27,555 nt of DNA from a virus. Under the pieces are notes generated by a model. The model was not told where the DNA came from, did not search any database, and saw only the letters and a list, made by a program, of their open reading frames with translations. A program made the position numbers and the translations under genes. Of this stretch, positions 6,571 through 13,758 are shown one piece after another. The DNA lies in IMG/VR virus record IMGVR_UViG_3300028628_000030, positions 1-27,555 of that record; one strand, written 5' to 3'. How positions within the stretch are numbered: position 1 is the first letter of the stretch; every line of letters begins with the position of its first letter.

Positions 6571-7599
6571 ACGAAAACCTACACGAACCTCTACCCGACG
6601 GTCTGCTCCCCAACGAATCTTTTCAGCGCATACACCCAGTGCCGCCGGGGAAAAGGCGACAAATCCTACGTCACCGAGTTTGAAAAGCATCTTCAGGAGA
6701 ACCTCGACACCCTGGCAGAAGCCCTGCAGTCCAGGACGTGGACGCCGAAGGGTTACAGCCGGTTCTACGTGAACGACCCCAAGCGTCGCCTGATCAATGC
6801 TCCGGCATTCGAAGACCGCATCGTCCATCGGGCACTCTACGATGTCATCATGCCGCCTTTTGAGAGGGGGTTCTACCCCCACAGTTACGCCTGCCGGCGC
6901 GGGAAGGGCGCGCATGCCGGCGTCGCCTGCCTCCGTCAGTATCTCCGTCAGTACTCGACGCCACCATACTACCTCCAGATCGACATCAAATCGTACTTCG
7001 CCAGCATCCATCACGACACCCTCATGGCCATCATCCGGAGAAAGATCGCCGACTCGGACGTCCTCGCCCTGATCAGGAAGATCCTCGACAGTTACCACGA
7101 CAGCCCGGGCACGGGCATCCCCTTAGGCAATCTGACCAGCCAGCTCTTCGCCAACATCTACCTCAACGAACTCGACCACTACGTCAAGCACGTTTTGAGA
7201 TGCCGGCACTACATTCGGTATATGGACGATATTATATTACTGAGCGAAACAAAAGCCCAACTCTGGGAATGGAAGGCGGCCATCGAAGAGTTCATCGCCC
7301 GGCTGCGACTCCGCCTCCACCCGCGCAAGCAGGTCGTCGCGCCTGCCCGCTGCGGCATCGACTTCCTCGGCTACGTCATCTACCCAGACCACGTCCGGGT
7401 GCGGAACCGCAACATCCACCGGGTCTACGACCGGATGAAGCGGATCGAGGCCGGCACGTATCCCCGGGACCCGCGGGGCTCGATCATGTCCTGGATGGGA
7501 TACTCCATCCACGCCGACGCGCACGGCCTCAACCAGAGCATCCAGCGAAAGCACCCCTTCCTCGTCCTCGGGACCGAGAAGTTCTACGGGAGGTGCTGA
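6571..7599 (+). CDS. DGR reverse transcriptase (probable ACG start 6571; alternative in-frame ATG 6451)
   Basis: KTYxNLY N-terminus, PKRRLINAPAFEDRIVH, DIKSYFASI, GIPLGNLTSQLFANIYLNELD (GxxxSQ), YIRYMDD, GIDFLGY, SW.G..HA; no maturase domain. Confidence 0.95.
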   Translation, partial: TKTYTNLYPTVCSPTNLFSAYTQCRRGKGDKSYVTEFEKHLQENLDTLAEALQSRTWTPKGYSRFYVNDPKRRLINAPAFEDRIVHRALYDVIMPPFERGFYPHSYACRRGKGAHAGVACLRQYLRQYSTPPYYLQIDIKSYFASIHHDTLMAIIRRKIADSDVLALIRKILDSYHDSPGTGIPLGNLTSQLFANIYLNELDHYVKHVLRCRHYIRYMDDIILLSETKAQLWEWKAAIEEFIARLRLRLHPRKQVVAPARCGIDFLGYVIYPDHVRVRNRNIHRVYDRMKRIEAGTYPRDPRGSIMSWMGYSIHADAHGLNQSIQRKHPFLVLGTEKFYGRC

Positions 7600-7601
7600 G
7601 C

Positions 7602-7745
7602 ATGCCTCCGCGTGAACACGACCTGCACAACGCGCTCTTTGCCCTCGACGACGTCACCGAGCGTCTAGATGCAGTCCTCGCCGCCCTCACTGCATTGAAG
7701 CAGTCGCTGGGCACCCTGCAGGATTACCTGGAACGGTTCCTTTGA
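7602..7745 (+). CDS. Small coiled-coil-like protein (47 aa)
   Basis: GGAGGTG RBS 7589-7595, ATG 7602; heptad-like Leu pattern (MPPREHDLHNALFALDDVTERLDAVLAALT...). Confidence 0.6.
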   Translation: MPPREHDLHNALFALDDVTERLDAVLAALTALKQSLGTLQDYLERFL

Positions 7746-7760
7746 AGGGCCCTTTCCCTA

Positions 7761-7780
7761 TTCAATACATATATATATAC
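7761..7780 (+). promoter_or_regulatory. Archaeal TATA-box-like promoter (TTCAATACATATATATATAC)
   Basis: AT island in GC-rich DNA about 25 nt upstream of GTG 7801, consistent with a leaderless transcript. Confidence 0.6.
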
Positions 7781-7800
7781 CTTGCAGCATACCCCATACC

Positions 7801-7965
7801 GTGGGACCTGTGAAAATCGAGCTGCCACGACTCCACTGCAAGCGGTGCAATCACTGCTGGATCCCGCGGTCGGACCTTCTCCCGAAGAGATGTCCCAACT
7901 GCGGCACGCAGTTCTGGCAGACTTATCCTGTCAAAGCGCACGTTCCCGCTGAGATCGAGAGTTGA
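7801..7965 (+). CDS. Zn-ribbon microprotein (CKRC...CPNC), start GTG 7801 or 7810
   Basis: Manual translation: (MGP)VKIELPRLHCKRCNHCWIPRSDLLPKRCPNCGTQFWQTYPVKAHVPAEIES*. Not in the ORF track. Confidence 0.75.
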   Translation: MGPVKIELPRLHCKRCNHCWIPRSDLLPKRCPNCGTQFWQTYPVKAHVPAEIES

Positions 7966-8009
7966 GTGAATCGTCATGGATCGAGCAGTTGCCCAGGGTG
8001 CAAGGGTGA

Positions 8010-8038
8010 CGACCCGGGTTCGAATCCCGGCCGGGGCG
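8010..8038 (+). other. 3' fragment of a tRNA (T-arm plus acceptor strand; tRNA-Asp-like), possible att core
   Basis: CGAC-CCGGG-TTCGAAT-CCCGG-CCGGGGC-G is a perfect T-arm plus 7-nt acceptor strand and G discriminator; no 5' acceptor strand or D-arm at the expected distance. Confidence 0.65.
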
Positions 8039-8122
8039 TCTCCACAATTTTCTCCGACAACCTCCTGGTCAAGCGGAGCGTCTGACCCCAGCCTAAGCCG
8101 CGCCGCCGCAAACCTCCCCTAT

Positions 8123-9349
8123 ATGGAGGTAGATCATGTTCGGGACACCGCGCGGATGCGGGTCTATCGCCTCGACGGCGTCGAGGTGCAGACAACGATC
8201 GGGTCGGTGCTCGAATCAGTTCTCAAGCAGATCAAAAACCTGGGCCGTCCGTACCTAACGTCGATGGAGCTGAAGGGCGACCCCGTGCAGGTGAGCGGTG
8301 CGTTGCGAGCCCTGGTGAAACGAGGAGCGCTCGCCCGCAGCCCGGGGATCCTCTCGGTCCGCGGGAACGAGCGGTTCTACCTGTATTACAGCCTGCTCAG
8401 TTACTGCGTCAAGGACCAGCTCATCGAGGACTACCTTGAGGCCAACTCCCCCGATCCGCGCATCGTCGAGATCTTCCACCGGGTCAAGTATAGGGGAGAG
8501 ATCCTCTCCAACTACGACATCCGCGCGGAGTTCGGCGCGATTGACCTGATCCAGCTGCAGAACTACATCAGGAACGGCATCCTGGGCGAACGCTACGTCA
8601 AGCGGCACAACAACACCTACATCGACGCGACGTTCTGGTTCCCGGTCGGCATGGCCCCCGAGGCCGTCGACCAGGCCATCCAGGAGAAACTCGACTCCTC
8701 GATCCTCAAGCGGAAAGCAGCGATTGACAAGGGTAAAGAGTTCGAAAACAGTTTATATGCGGCATTTGGAACCATGTTTGCCGCACAAAGCCTGCAATTC
8801 AGTGTCTTCGACCACAAAAAGCAGGTGCGCAAGCAGCTCGCTGGCGGGCGGCTGCGGATCTTCGACATGGTCGCGTATGCGGCACCCGTGCTTATGGATA
8901 GCGGCGGTCACCAGAAACCACTGAAGTGGTTTCACGGCTCCATTAAACTTGTATTCGAATTCAAATATAATTTTCGGGTCACGAAAGGATTCCTGGCTGA
9001 GTACTACATGGACGTCCACGAAGCCTACGGCGATCTGGCCGTCCCGGTGGTCGTCGCCGGCGGGGATCCGGGGTACGGAGCAGTCTACGACTCCGGGTGG
9101 CAGTTCGCCAAGTGCCACAACGGCGTCTGGCTGATCACCGGCTCCTCTCTGACCCAGGTGCTCTCAGGAGGGTTTTCCCTCGCTTCACAGGCCCACAACA
9201 CAGGTGAAGCAAATGAGCACGAAATCGAACACGACAGACTACATCATAACGGATGTACCCCGTACCGAACTGACGAACACGATTGCGGCGGCCCTCTCAC
9301 GGCCTGGCTCGCGACCGATCGAACTGACGGCGACCCTGACCGCCCCTAA
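8123..9349 (+). CDS. Winged-helix + Mrr-like PD-(D/E)xK nuclease (start 8123 or 8156)
   Basis: N-terminal wHTH pattern (VSGALRALVKRGAL); KGKEFE...FD...LVFEFK catalytic pattern and C-terminal LITGSSL, as in Mrr-type restriction endonuclease domains. Confidence 0.65.
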   Translation: MEVDHVRDTARMRVYRLDGVEVQTTIGSVLESVLKQIKNLGRPYLTSMELKGDPVQVSGALRALVKRGALARSPGILSVRGNERFYLYYSLLSYCVKDQLIEDYLEANSPDPRIVEIFHRVKYRGEILSNYDIRAEFGAIDLIQLQNYIRNGILGERYVKRHNNTYIDATFWFPVGMAPEAVDQAIQEKLDSSILKRKAAIDKGKEFENSLYAAFGTMFAAQSLQFSVFDHKKQVRKQLAGGRLRIFDMVAYAAPVLMDSGGHQKPLKWFHGSIKLVFEFKYNFRVTKGFLAEYYMDVHEAYGDLAVPVVVAGGDPGYGAVYDSGWQFAKCHNGVWLITGSSLTQVLSGGFSLASQAHNTGEANEHEIEHDRLHHNGCTPYRTDEHDCGGPLTAWLATDRTDGDPDRP

Positions 9350-9458
9350 CTCCTACACGGTCCAGGTCGTCGAAGAAGTCCCGCTCCGCCGGCGCCTCGC
9401 TGCCACCCCGGGCATCATCGACGTGGAGCAGGTCCAGGCCGGCCTGGTGGTGGTCTGA
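9213..9458 (+). CDS. Hypothetical protein
   Basis: GGTGA RBS, ATG 9213; first gene of the coupled early operon. Confidence 0.65.
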   Translation: MSTKSNTTDYIITDVPRTELTNTIAAALSRPGSRPIELTATLTAPNSYTVQVVEEVPLRRRLAATPGIIDVEQVQAGLVVV

Positions 9459-9677
9459 ATGGGGGCCCTCACGGCCTCCACGAAACCCTCTGTCCGGGTT
9501 CCGCGCAAGCAGCTCATGGCAGCCCGCCGCTGGGCCTTCAGCCACCCCTGCTCGCACTGCGGCGGCTACCTCTCCCGGGAGACATTCTACCGGCGGCAAC
9601 GGCTCGTCAGGTTCACCTGCCGAGCCTGCGGAGCCCGGGTAGAAGTTGCCTTCAAAGACGCGGGGGTGCTGGTCTGA
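9459..9677 (+). CDS. Zn-ribbon protein (CSHC...CRAC)
   Basis: Two CxxC pairs; abuts neighbouring genes. Confidence 0.7.
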   Translation: MGALTASTKPSVRVPRKQLMAARRWAFSHPCSHCGGYLSRETFYRRQRLVRFTCRACGARVEVAFKDAGVLV

Positions 9678-9814
9678 TGGCCCCCTTTTTGCTTGCTCTC
9701 CCCAGCCTCGCAAAGCGCCTCCAGGAGGACGCCGAGCGCTGCCTGGCAGAGATGGAAGCCTACCAGGCTCGGCAGGAGCGACGGGCTGCCACAAAGGGAT
9801 GTGGTGCCGAATGA
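9677..9814 (+). CDS. Hypothetical protein (45 aa)
   Basis: TGATG and ATGA coupling on both sides; manual translation MAPFLLALPSLAKRLQEDAERCLAEMEAYQARQERRAATKGCGAE. Confidence 0.55.
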   Translation: MAPFLLALPSLAKRLQEDAERCLAEMEAYQARQERRAATKGCGAE

Positions 9815-10035
9815 CCGAGATCCCTCCTGTCGCCCGAAACCTGCACGCCGCGATCGTTGCGGCCGTCGAGGCCGGCCTGGCCTATCCCTGTCCCGGCTCC
9901 AACTTCCCTGACCCAAAGTGCGATACGTGCCCACTCGTCGTCTACGAGCGTGATGGGACCAGTTACTGCGGCTTCTACGACCTGCAGCAGACCCTGAAGC
10001 GGATGGGACCGAAGACAAGCGGGGGGGATGCCTGA
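9811..10035 (+). CDS. Cys-rich hypothetical protein
   Basis: ATGA overlap; C..CDTC..C pattern. Confidence 0.65.
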   Translation: MTEIPPVARNLHAAIVAAVEAGLAYPCPGSNFPDPKCDTCPLVVYERDGTSYCGFYDLQQTLKRMGPKTSGGDA

Positions 10036-10220
10036 TGCCGGGTCAGTGGCGCATCCTAAGCCAGGACATCAACGGTCGGCGGATGTACATTGCCGGCAGG
10101 CAGAAGGACTTATCGGAGCCCCTGCACGGCGGAAACGTCGAGTACTGCGGCATGTATTCGGATAACCGCGACGGGATCGAGAGGCGGGTCGAGGAGCTCA
10201 ACGCCGGGGAGCGGTGCTGA
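10035..10220 (+). CDS. Hypothetical protein (61 aa)
   Basis: TGATG coupling on both sides. Confidence 0.65.
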   Translation: MPGQWRILSQDINGRRMYIAGRQKDLSEPLHGGNVEYCGMYSDNRDGIERRVEELNAGERC

Positions 10221-10540
10221 TGCCCCACATCACCCTCAAGTTCTGCCAGGAGATGCGGCAGGCCATCTACGAGGGCCGAAAGTGCTGCACGACGCGAACA
10301 GAGGCACGGGGCAGGGCCGGAGACATGTTCGTGATAGGTTCCAGGAACTACGGGATCATTGACGTCCAGAAAAACTGGCTCGGCGAGATCAGGGACTCTC
10401 TCTTCCTCCAGGAAGGATTCGACAGCCCGGAGGCGTTCGAGGCCTTCTGGCGGACCCATTACCGCGGTGAATTCCCCGTGGAGCAGGTCTGCTACGTCCA
10501 CTGGTTCGCCCGGGTTGAACAGGAGGCGGATGCCCGATGA
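10220..10540 (+). CDS. ASCH (PUA-like) domain protein
   Basis: LKF..EM..AI.EGRK..TTR, GD.F, EGF.S.EAF..FW pattern characteristic of ASCH domains. Confidence 0.75.
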   Translation: MPHITLKFCQEMRQAIYEGRKCCTTRTEARGRAGDMFVIGSRNYGIIDVQKNWLGEIRDSLFLQEGFDSPEAFEAFWRTHYRGEFPVEQVCYVHWFARVEQEADAR

Positions 10541-10926
10541 AAACCGATATCGCCTTCGAGGTCCCGGACATCATCCTCGAGGAGACCCTCCTCGAGCAGG
10601 CCTACCTGGTCCAGGAGCACATCGCCCACCTCAAGAAAGAGATCAAGCGGGCGGAGGCGTTCCACCGCGAACTCCTCGGGCAGGCCCGGGAACAGTGCAT
10701 CACAGAACAGGGCAACTTCCGGCTGAAGACCTCGACCCGGGAGGCGCGGGCCGTCATCCCGCACCGCTTCTACGAGCTCTTCCCGGACGAATTCTACAAA
10801 CTGGCTTCCATTCCAGTCACTAAGGCCGAAGCCGCTGTGGGCAAAGCCCGCCTCGCCGACTGCATCCAGACGACCGTGACCGAGACCGTCAAGGTCGAAT
10901 ACGTCCGCCGGGGGCCTGCCAGGTGA
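10537..10926 (+). CDS. Hypothetical protein with N-terminal coiled coil
   Basis: ATGA overlap, typical codon usage. Confidence 0.7.
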   Translation: MKTDIAFEVPDIILEETLLEQAYLVQEHIAHLKKEIKRAEAFHRELLGQAREQCITEQGNFRLKTSTREARAVIPHRFYELFPDEFYKLASIPVTKAEAAVGKARLADCIQTTVTETVKVEYVRRGPAR

Positions 10927-11075
10927 CCACGTCAGCCGAGACCCCATGCGACATCCTAGATTATAAGCATATCTGCTCCCGGCACACCCTCCTCCTCTCC
11001 GGAGGACAGGTCATCGGCCGGGGGGAAGAGGCTCTGGAGGAGTACCTCCGCAGGGTCCAGGAGGTGCCCGCTTGA
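10923..11075 (+). CDS. Hypothetical protein (50 aa, GTG start)
   Basis: GTGA and TTGA overlaps fill the gap exactly; manual translation. Confidence 0.55.
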   Translation: MTTSAETPCDILDYKHICSRHTLLLSGGQVIGRGEEALEEYLRRVQEVPA

Positions 11076-11596
11076 TCGCCCGAACTGTGCACCTCTCCCC
11101 CCGGTACCTAGACGTCTACACCGACCACCCCTCCCCTCTCCATCACCCCGTCGAGCGGATCACGATCGCGGGCCAGACCTGGGTGCGCCGGTTCGACCGC
11201 CGGGACAGGGACGAGGAAGACCTCCTTATCCAGACGATCTCCCTCCTGACTGCTGAAGAAGACATCGTGATCGTCGGGTACAACAGCGCGATCTTCGACC
11301 TGCCGTTCATGAGCATGCGGGCGGTCGCTCTCGATCTCCCCCCCTCCCTGGTCAGTCGACTACGGCGAGCCTATCACGTCGACCTGGCCTACCTGGTCAA
11401 CCGGTACCTCCAGCCGTTTAATCGCTGGACCAACTGGCGGGAACTCATCCCGGTTCTGGACCTCCCGGAAGACGCCTCAAAACTCGACGTCACCCGGGAG
11501 CTCTACAAGAGGATCGACGCCCTGACCATCCAGAACATGCAGAGCCGGTATGCCCCGCTCCGGAACTGCGCGATCGTGTTCGACGATGCCCGCTGA
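11072..11596 (+). CDS. RNase H-like/DEDD 3'-5' exonuclease-fold protein (YprB/PolB-exo-like), degenerate motif I
   Basis: IVGYNSAIFDLPFM (ExoII), HVDL, DV..ELY; ExoI reads LDVYT instead of DxE. TTG start after GGAGGTG. Confidence 0.6.
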   Translation: MIARTVHLSPRYLDVYTDHPSPLHHPVERITIAGQTWVRRFDRRDRDEEDLLIQTISLLTAEEDIVIVGYNSAIFDLPFMSMRAVALDLPPSLVSRLRRAYHVDLAYLVNRYLQPFNRWTNWRELIPVLDLPEDASKLDVTRELYKRIDALTIQNMQSRYAPLRNCAIVFDDAR

Positions 11597-13337
11597 GGAC
11601 GCCATCATGCATGCTCTGAGAGCCAGGCCCCTGACGCAGCGGGAGCTCTGCGAGGTGACTGGCTATACGGACCGGCACGTCCGGAGGGTTCTGAAGACCC
11701 TCCCCGGGGTAGTGGCCACCCGTACCGGCAGGACCACTACCTACAGTATTACTACTATACCGGACATCCCGGAGCCCACTGGGAAAACACCGGACATACC
11801 CGGTTCCTGCGGTCGCCTGTCCGATCTAGCCAGCCTCCGCCGTCCGATAACCCCGGACAATACCGGACATTCTGATGTCCGGTATCCGACACCGGACATG
11901 ACACCGGACATACCGAAAAAGAAAGCCCAGAAGAAGAAACAGGCCCCTAAAAACCCGTCTAACACCGGACATGTCCGGTATCCGACACCGGACATTTCGG
12001 ACATCGACACCGGACATGAACACCGGGCATCGCCGCAGCAGCCTCCGATCGCGGAACGACAGGGCAAAAGGCATAGGGAAAGCCCCCTTTCGGCCCCGGT
12101 GCCGGCCCCCGGCGCGGATTGCCCACCGGATTGCACCGATCGCACCTGCCGGTCATGTCCGCTATCGATCGCCACGATGGAGCGGGACACCATCCAGTTC
12201 GTCCTGGTCGACCAGGTCTTCCGGGACCAGGTCCTCCGCTGGGTCGCGGCCAGGAGGTGGGCGCACAAAGAGATCCGGGGCATCACCTGGGTCTACCCGG
12301 GCGACCACCTCACCCTACAGGTCGGGGCCGACAGCGTCGTCATTTACAGCGACGAGCCCGGCGACCTGAAATGGATCGAGGCCTGGGTCCGCCGCTACTT
12401 CGAGGCCAGCTACCCCGACATCGAGAGCCTCCTCGCCCGGATCCGCTCCCCCGAACGCCTGACGCGAGACGAACTCACCGTCGTCGTCACGCATCAGCCC
12501 ACCATCGACGCCGTCATGGCCAGCATCGGCATGCACATGGGGCCGAACAAGACCTTCTACCTCAAAGCGCCGAACTCCCACACCCCGGGCTTCAAAGCCT
12601 ACCTCAGCGGCGGCACCCTGCGCTGCGAGTTCGACTGCCGGAACCAGTTCCAGAGCATCTCCGCCCTGGGCATGCGGCAGCGGCTGCTCACGATCCTGCC
12701 CGAGGTCCGCAAGGCCGAAGGGCTCATCTGGGAGTATCTGACGGACTACTACAACCCCTACGAACACCCGATCGTCATCGACACCGGCGTCGAGTCCATC
12801 GTCCAGCAGTTCAGCGCCCTCGCCCAGTCCCTCACCAGGACGTTCGCCGACGCCATGGCCGACGCCATCCGGGACATCCGGCCCGCGGCCTCCTCCCCGG
12901 CACCGGCCGCCCCCGCCCCGACCCTCGACGACGCGGAGATCTTCCCCTCCGAGGAGGAAGAGACGGCCATCGTCGAGACCATCGGGATCATGCGGTCGAT
13001 GATGGAGGCCCTCACCGCGATGGACACCTACGAGCTCGAGGAGATCCTCCGGACCTTCAAGACCACCATGAAGCTCGAGGAGCGCGTCACCCTCGTCTAC
13101 CTCGCCGCCTTCGCCGCCTGGGCGAGGAAGAACTTCCGGGGATCCGTCATCATCGAGGACCTGATCCCCACGCTCGAGGGGGCGAGGACGCCGCTTTCTG
13201 CGGCCGAGATAGCGGACGCTGTCGACGACCTCAAGAAAGCCGGCCTCCTCAAGGACCACCCCGACCTGGAGATCTGCTTCTCCTCCTTCGGCAGCCGGCT
13301 CGGCCGCAAGCTCGTTGCGAAGTGGAGGCGCTCATGA
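11586..13337 (+). CDS. Large HTH/wHTH protein, putative replication initiator containing iterons
   Basis: N-terminal HTH (LTQRELCEVTGYTDRHVRRVLK), low-complexity linker encoded by the ACCGGACAT array, C-terminal wHTH-like segment. The function is inferred. Confidence 0.6.
   Translation: MPAEDAIMHALRARPLTQRELCEVTGYTDRHVRRVLKTLPGVVATRTGRTTTYSITTIPDIPEPTGKTPDIPGSCGRLSDLASLRRPITPDNTGHSDVRYPTPDMTPDIPKKKAQKKKQAPKNPSNTGHVRYPTPDISDIDTGHEHRASPQQPPIAERQGKRHRESPLSAPVPAPGADCPPDCTDRTCRSCPLSIATMERDTIQFVLVDQVFRDQVLRWVAARRWAHKEIRGITWVYPGDHLTLQVGADSVVIYSDEPGDLKWIEAWVRRYFEASYPDIESLLARIRSPERLTRDELTVVVTHQPTIDAVMASIGMHMGPNKTFYLKAPNSHTPGFKAYLSGGTLRCEFDCRNQFQSISALGMRQRLLTILPEVRKAEGLIWEYLTDYYNPYEHPIVIDTGVESIVQQFSALAQSLTRTFADAMADAIRDIRPAASSPAPAAPAPTLDDAEIFPSEEEETAIVETIGIMRSMMEALTAMDTYELEEILRTFKTTMKLEERVTLVYLAAFAAWARKNFRGSVIIEDLIPTLEGARTPLSAAEIADAVDDLKKAGLLKDHPDLEICFSSFGSRLGRKLVAKWRRS
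11759..12030. repeat. ACCGGACAT iteron-like array (8 direct + 2 inverted perfect copies) with A-rich spacer; putative replication origin
   Basis: Direct copies at 11759, 11789, 11862, 11891, 11903, 11964, 11987, 12009; inverted at 11875, 11971; 25-bp duplicate 11875-11899 / 11971-11995; A-rich tract about 11916-11953. Confidence 0.8.
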
Positions 13338-13549
13338 TGCGGCTCGCCACCCGCGAGGGCCTCAACTGGGATACCATCGAGGAGCGCCGCAACCGACCCA
13401 GGATCCCGCTCGTCACCGAGTGCCGGAGCTGCGGCCGGGTCATCGCCGACGGCGAGACGCACTGCGAAGGGTGCCAGGTCCGCCACCAGCTTGCGGACAG
13501 GGACTGGCGGGCGGCCCATGACCTCTGCCAGCGGAGGCTCGTCCCGTGA
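13334..13549 (+). CDS. Zn-finger protein (CRSC...CEGC)
   Basis: ATGA overlap with GGAGG RBS; C-terminal part of track ORF 12119..13549. Confidence 0.7.
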   Translation: MMRLATREGLNWDTIEERRNRPRIPLVTECRSCGRVIADGETHCEGCQVRHQLADRDWRAAHDLCQRRLVP

Positions 13550-13758
13550 ATGTGAGGTTTCCGGAACTCCAGGACCGGGCCTGGCTAGAGCAGCACTACC
13601 TGAAGGATCTCAAGTCCGCGAAAGAGATCGCAGACAGCCTCGGGTGCTCTAGATCCACGATCACCCTTGCACTCCGGAGACATGAGATCGCCACGATCCC
13701 GCCGCTGCTCAGGAAGGCCCTCAAGGCACGCCGGGATCAGCAGGAGGCGACCTCGTGA
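13546..13758 (+). CDS. HTH DNA-binding protein
   Basis: WLEQHY....SAKEIADSLGCSRSTITLALRRHEI helix-turn-helix. Confidence 0.75.
   Translation: MNVRFPELQDRAWLEQHYLKDLKSAKEIADSLGCSRSTITLALRRHEIATIPPLLRKALKARRDQQEATS

Larger units (their letters stand above)
4520..7599 (+). mobile_element. Diversity-generating retroelement cassette (target/VR - avd - TR - RT)
   Basis: All four canonical components are present in canonical order, with adenine-specific TR/VR divergence. Confidence 0.95.

Noticed and set aside
6331-7599. RT as a group II intron or retron, or starting at GTG 6331 as in the ORF track
   Set aside because: GxxxSQ motif, adjacent avd and TR/VR pair, and no maturase domain point to a DGR RT; the 6331 start lies inside the TR and only reflects its open frame.
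7966-8044. Complete tRNA gene
   Set aside because: No 5' acceptor strand about 72 nt upstream and no D-arm; the TTGC/GCAA stem with a 7-nt loop lacks U33 and has wrong spacing. Reported only as a 3' fragment.
8136-8258. Short ORF after GGAGGT at 8125
   Set aside because: Out of frame with the nuclease, Arg/Ser-rich, and not protein-like; it leaves the nuclease start uncertain but is not called as a gene.
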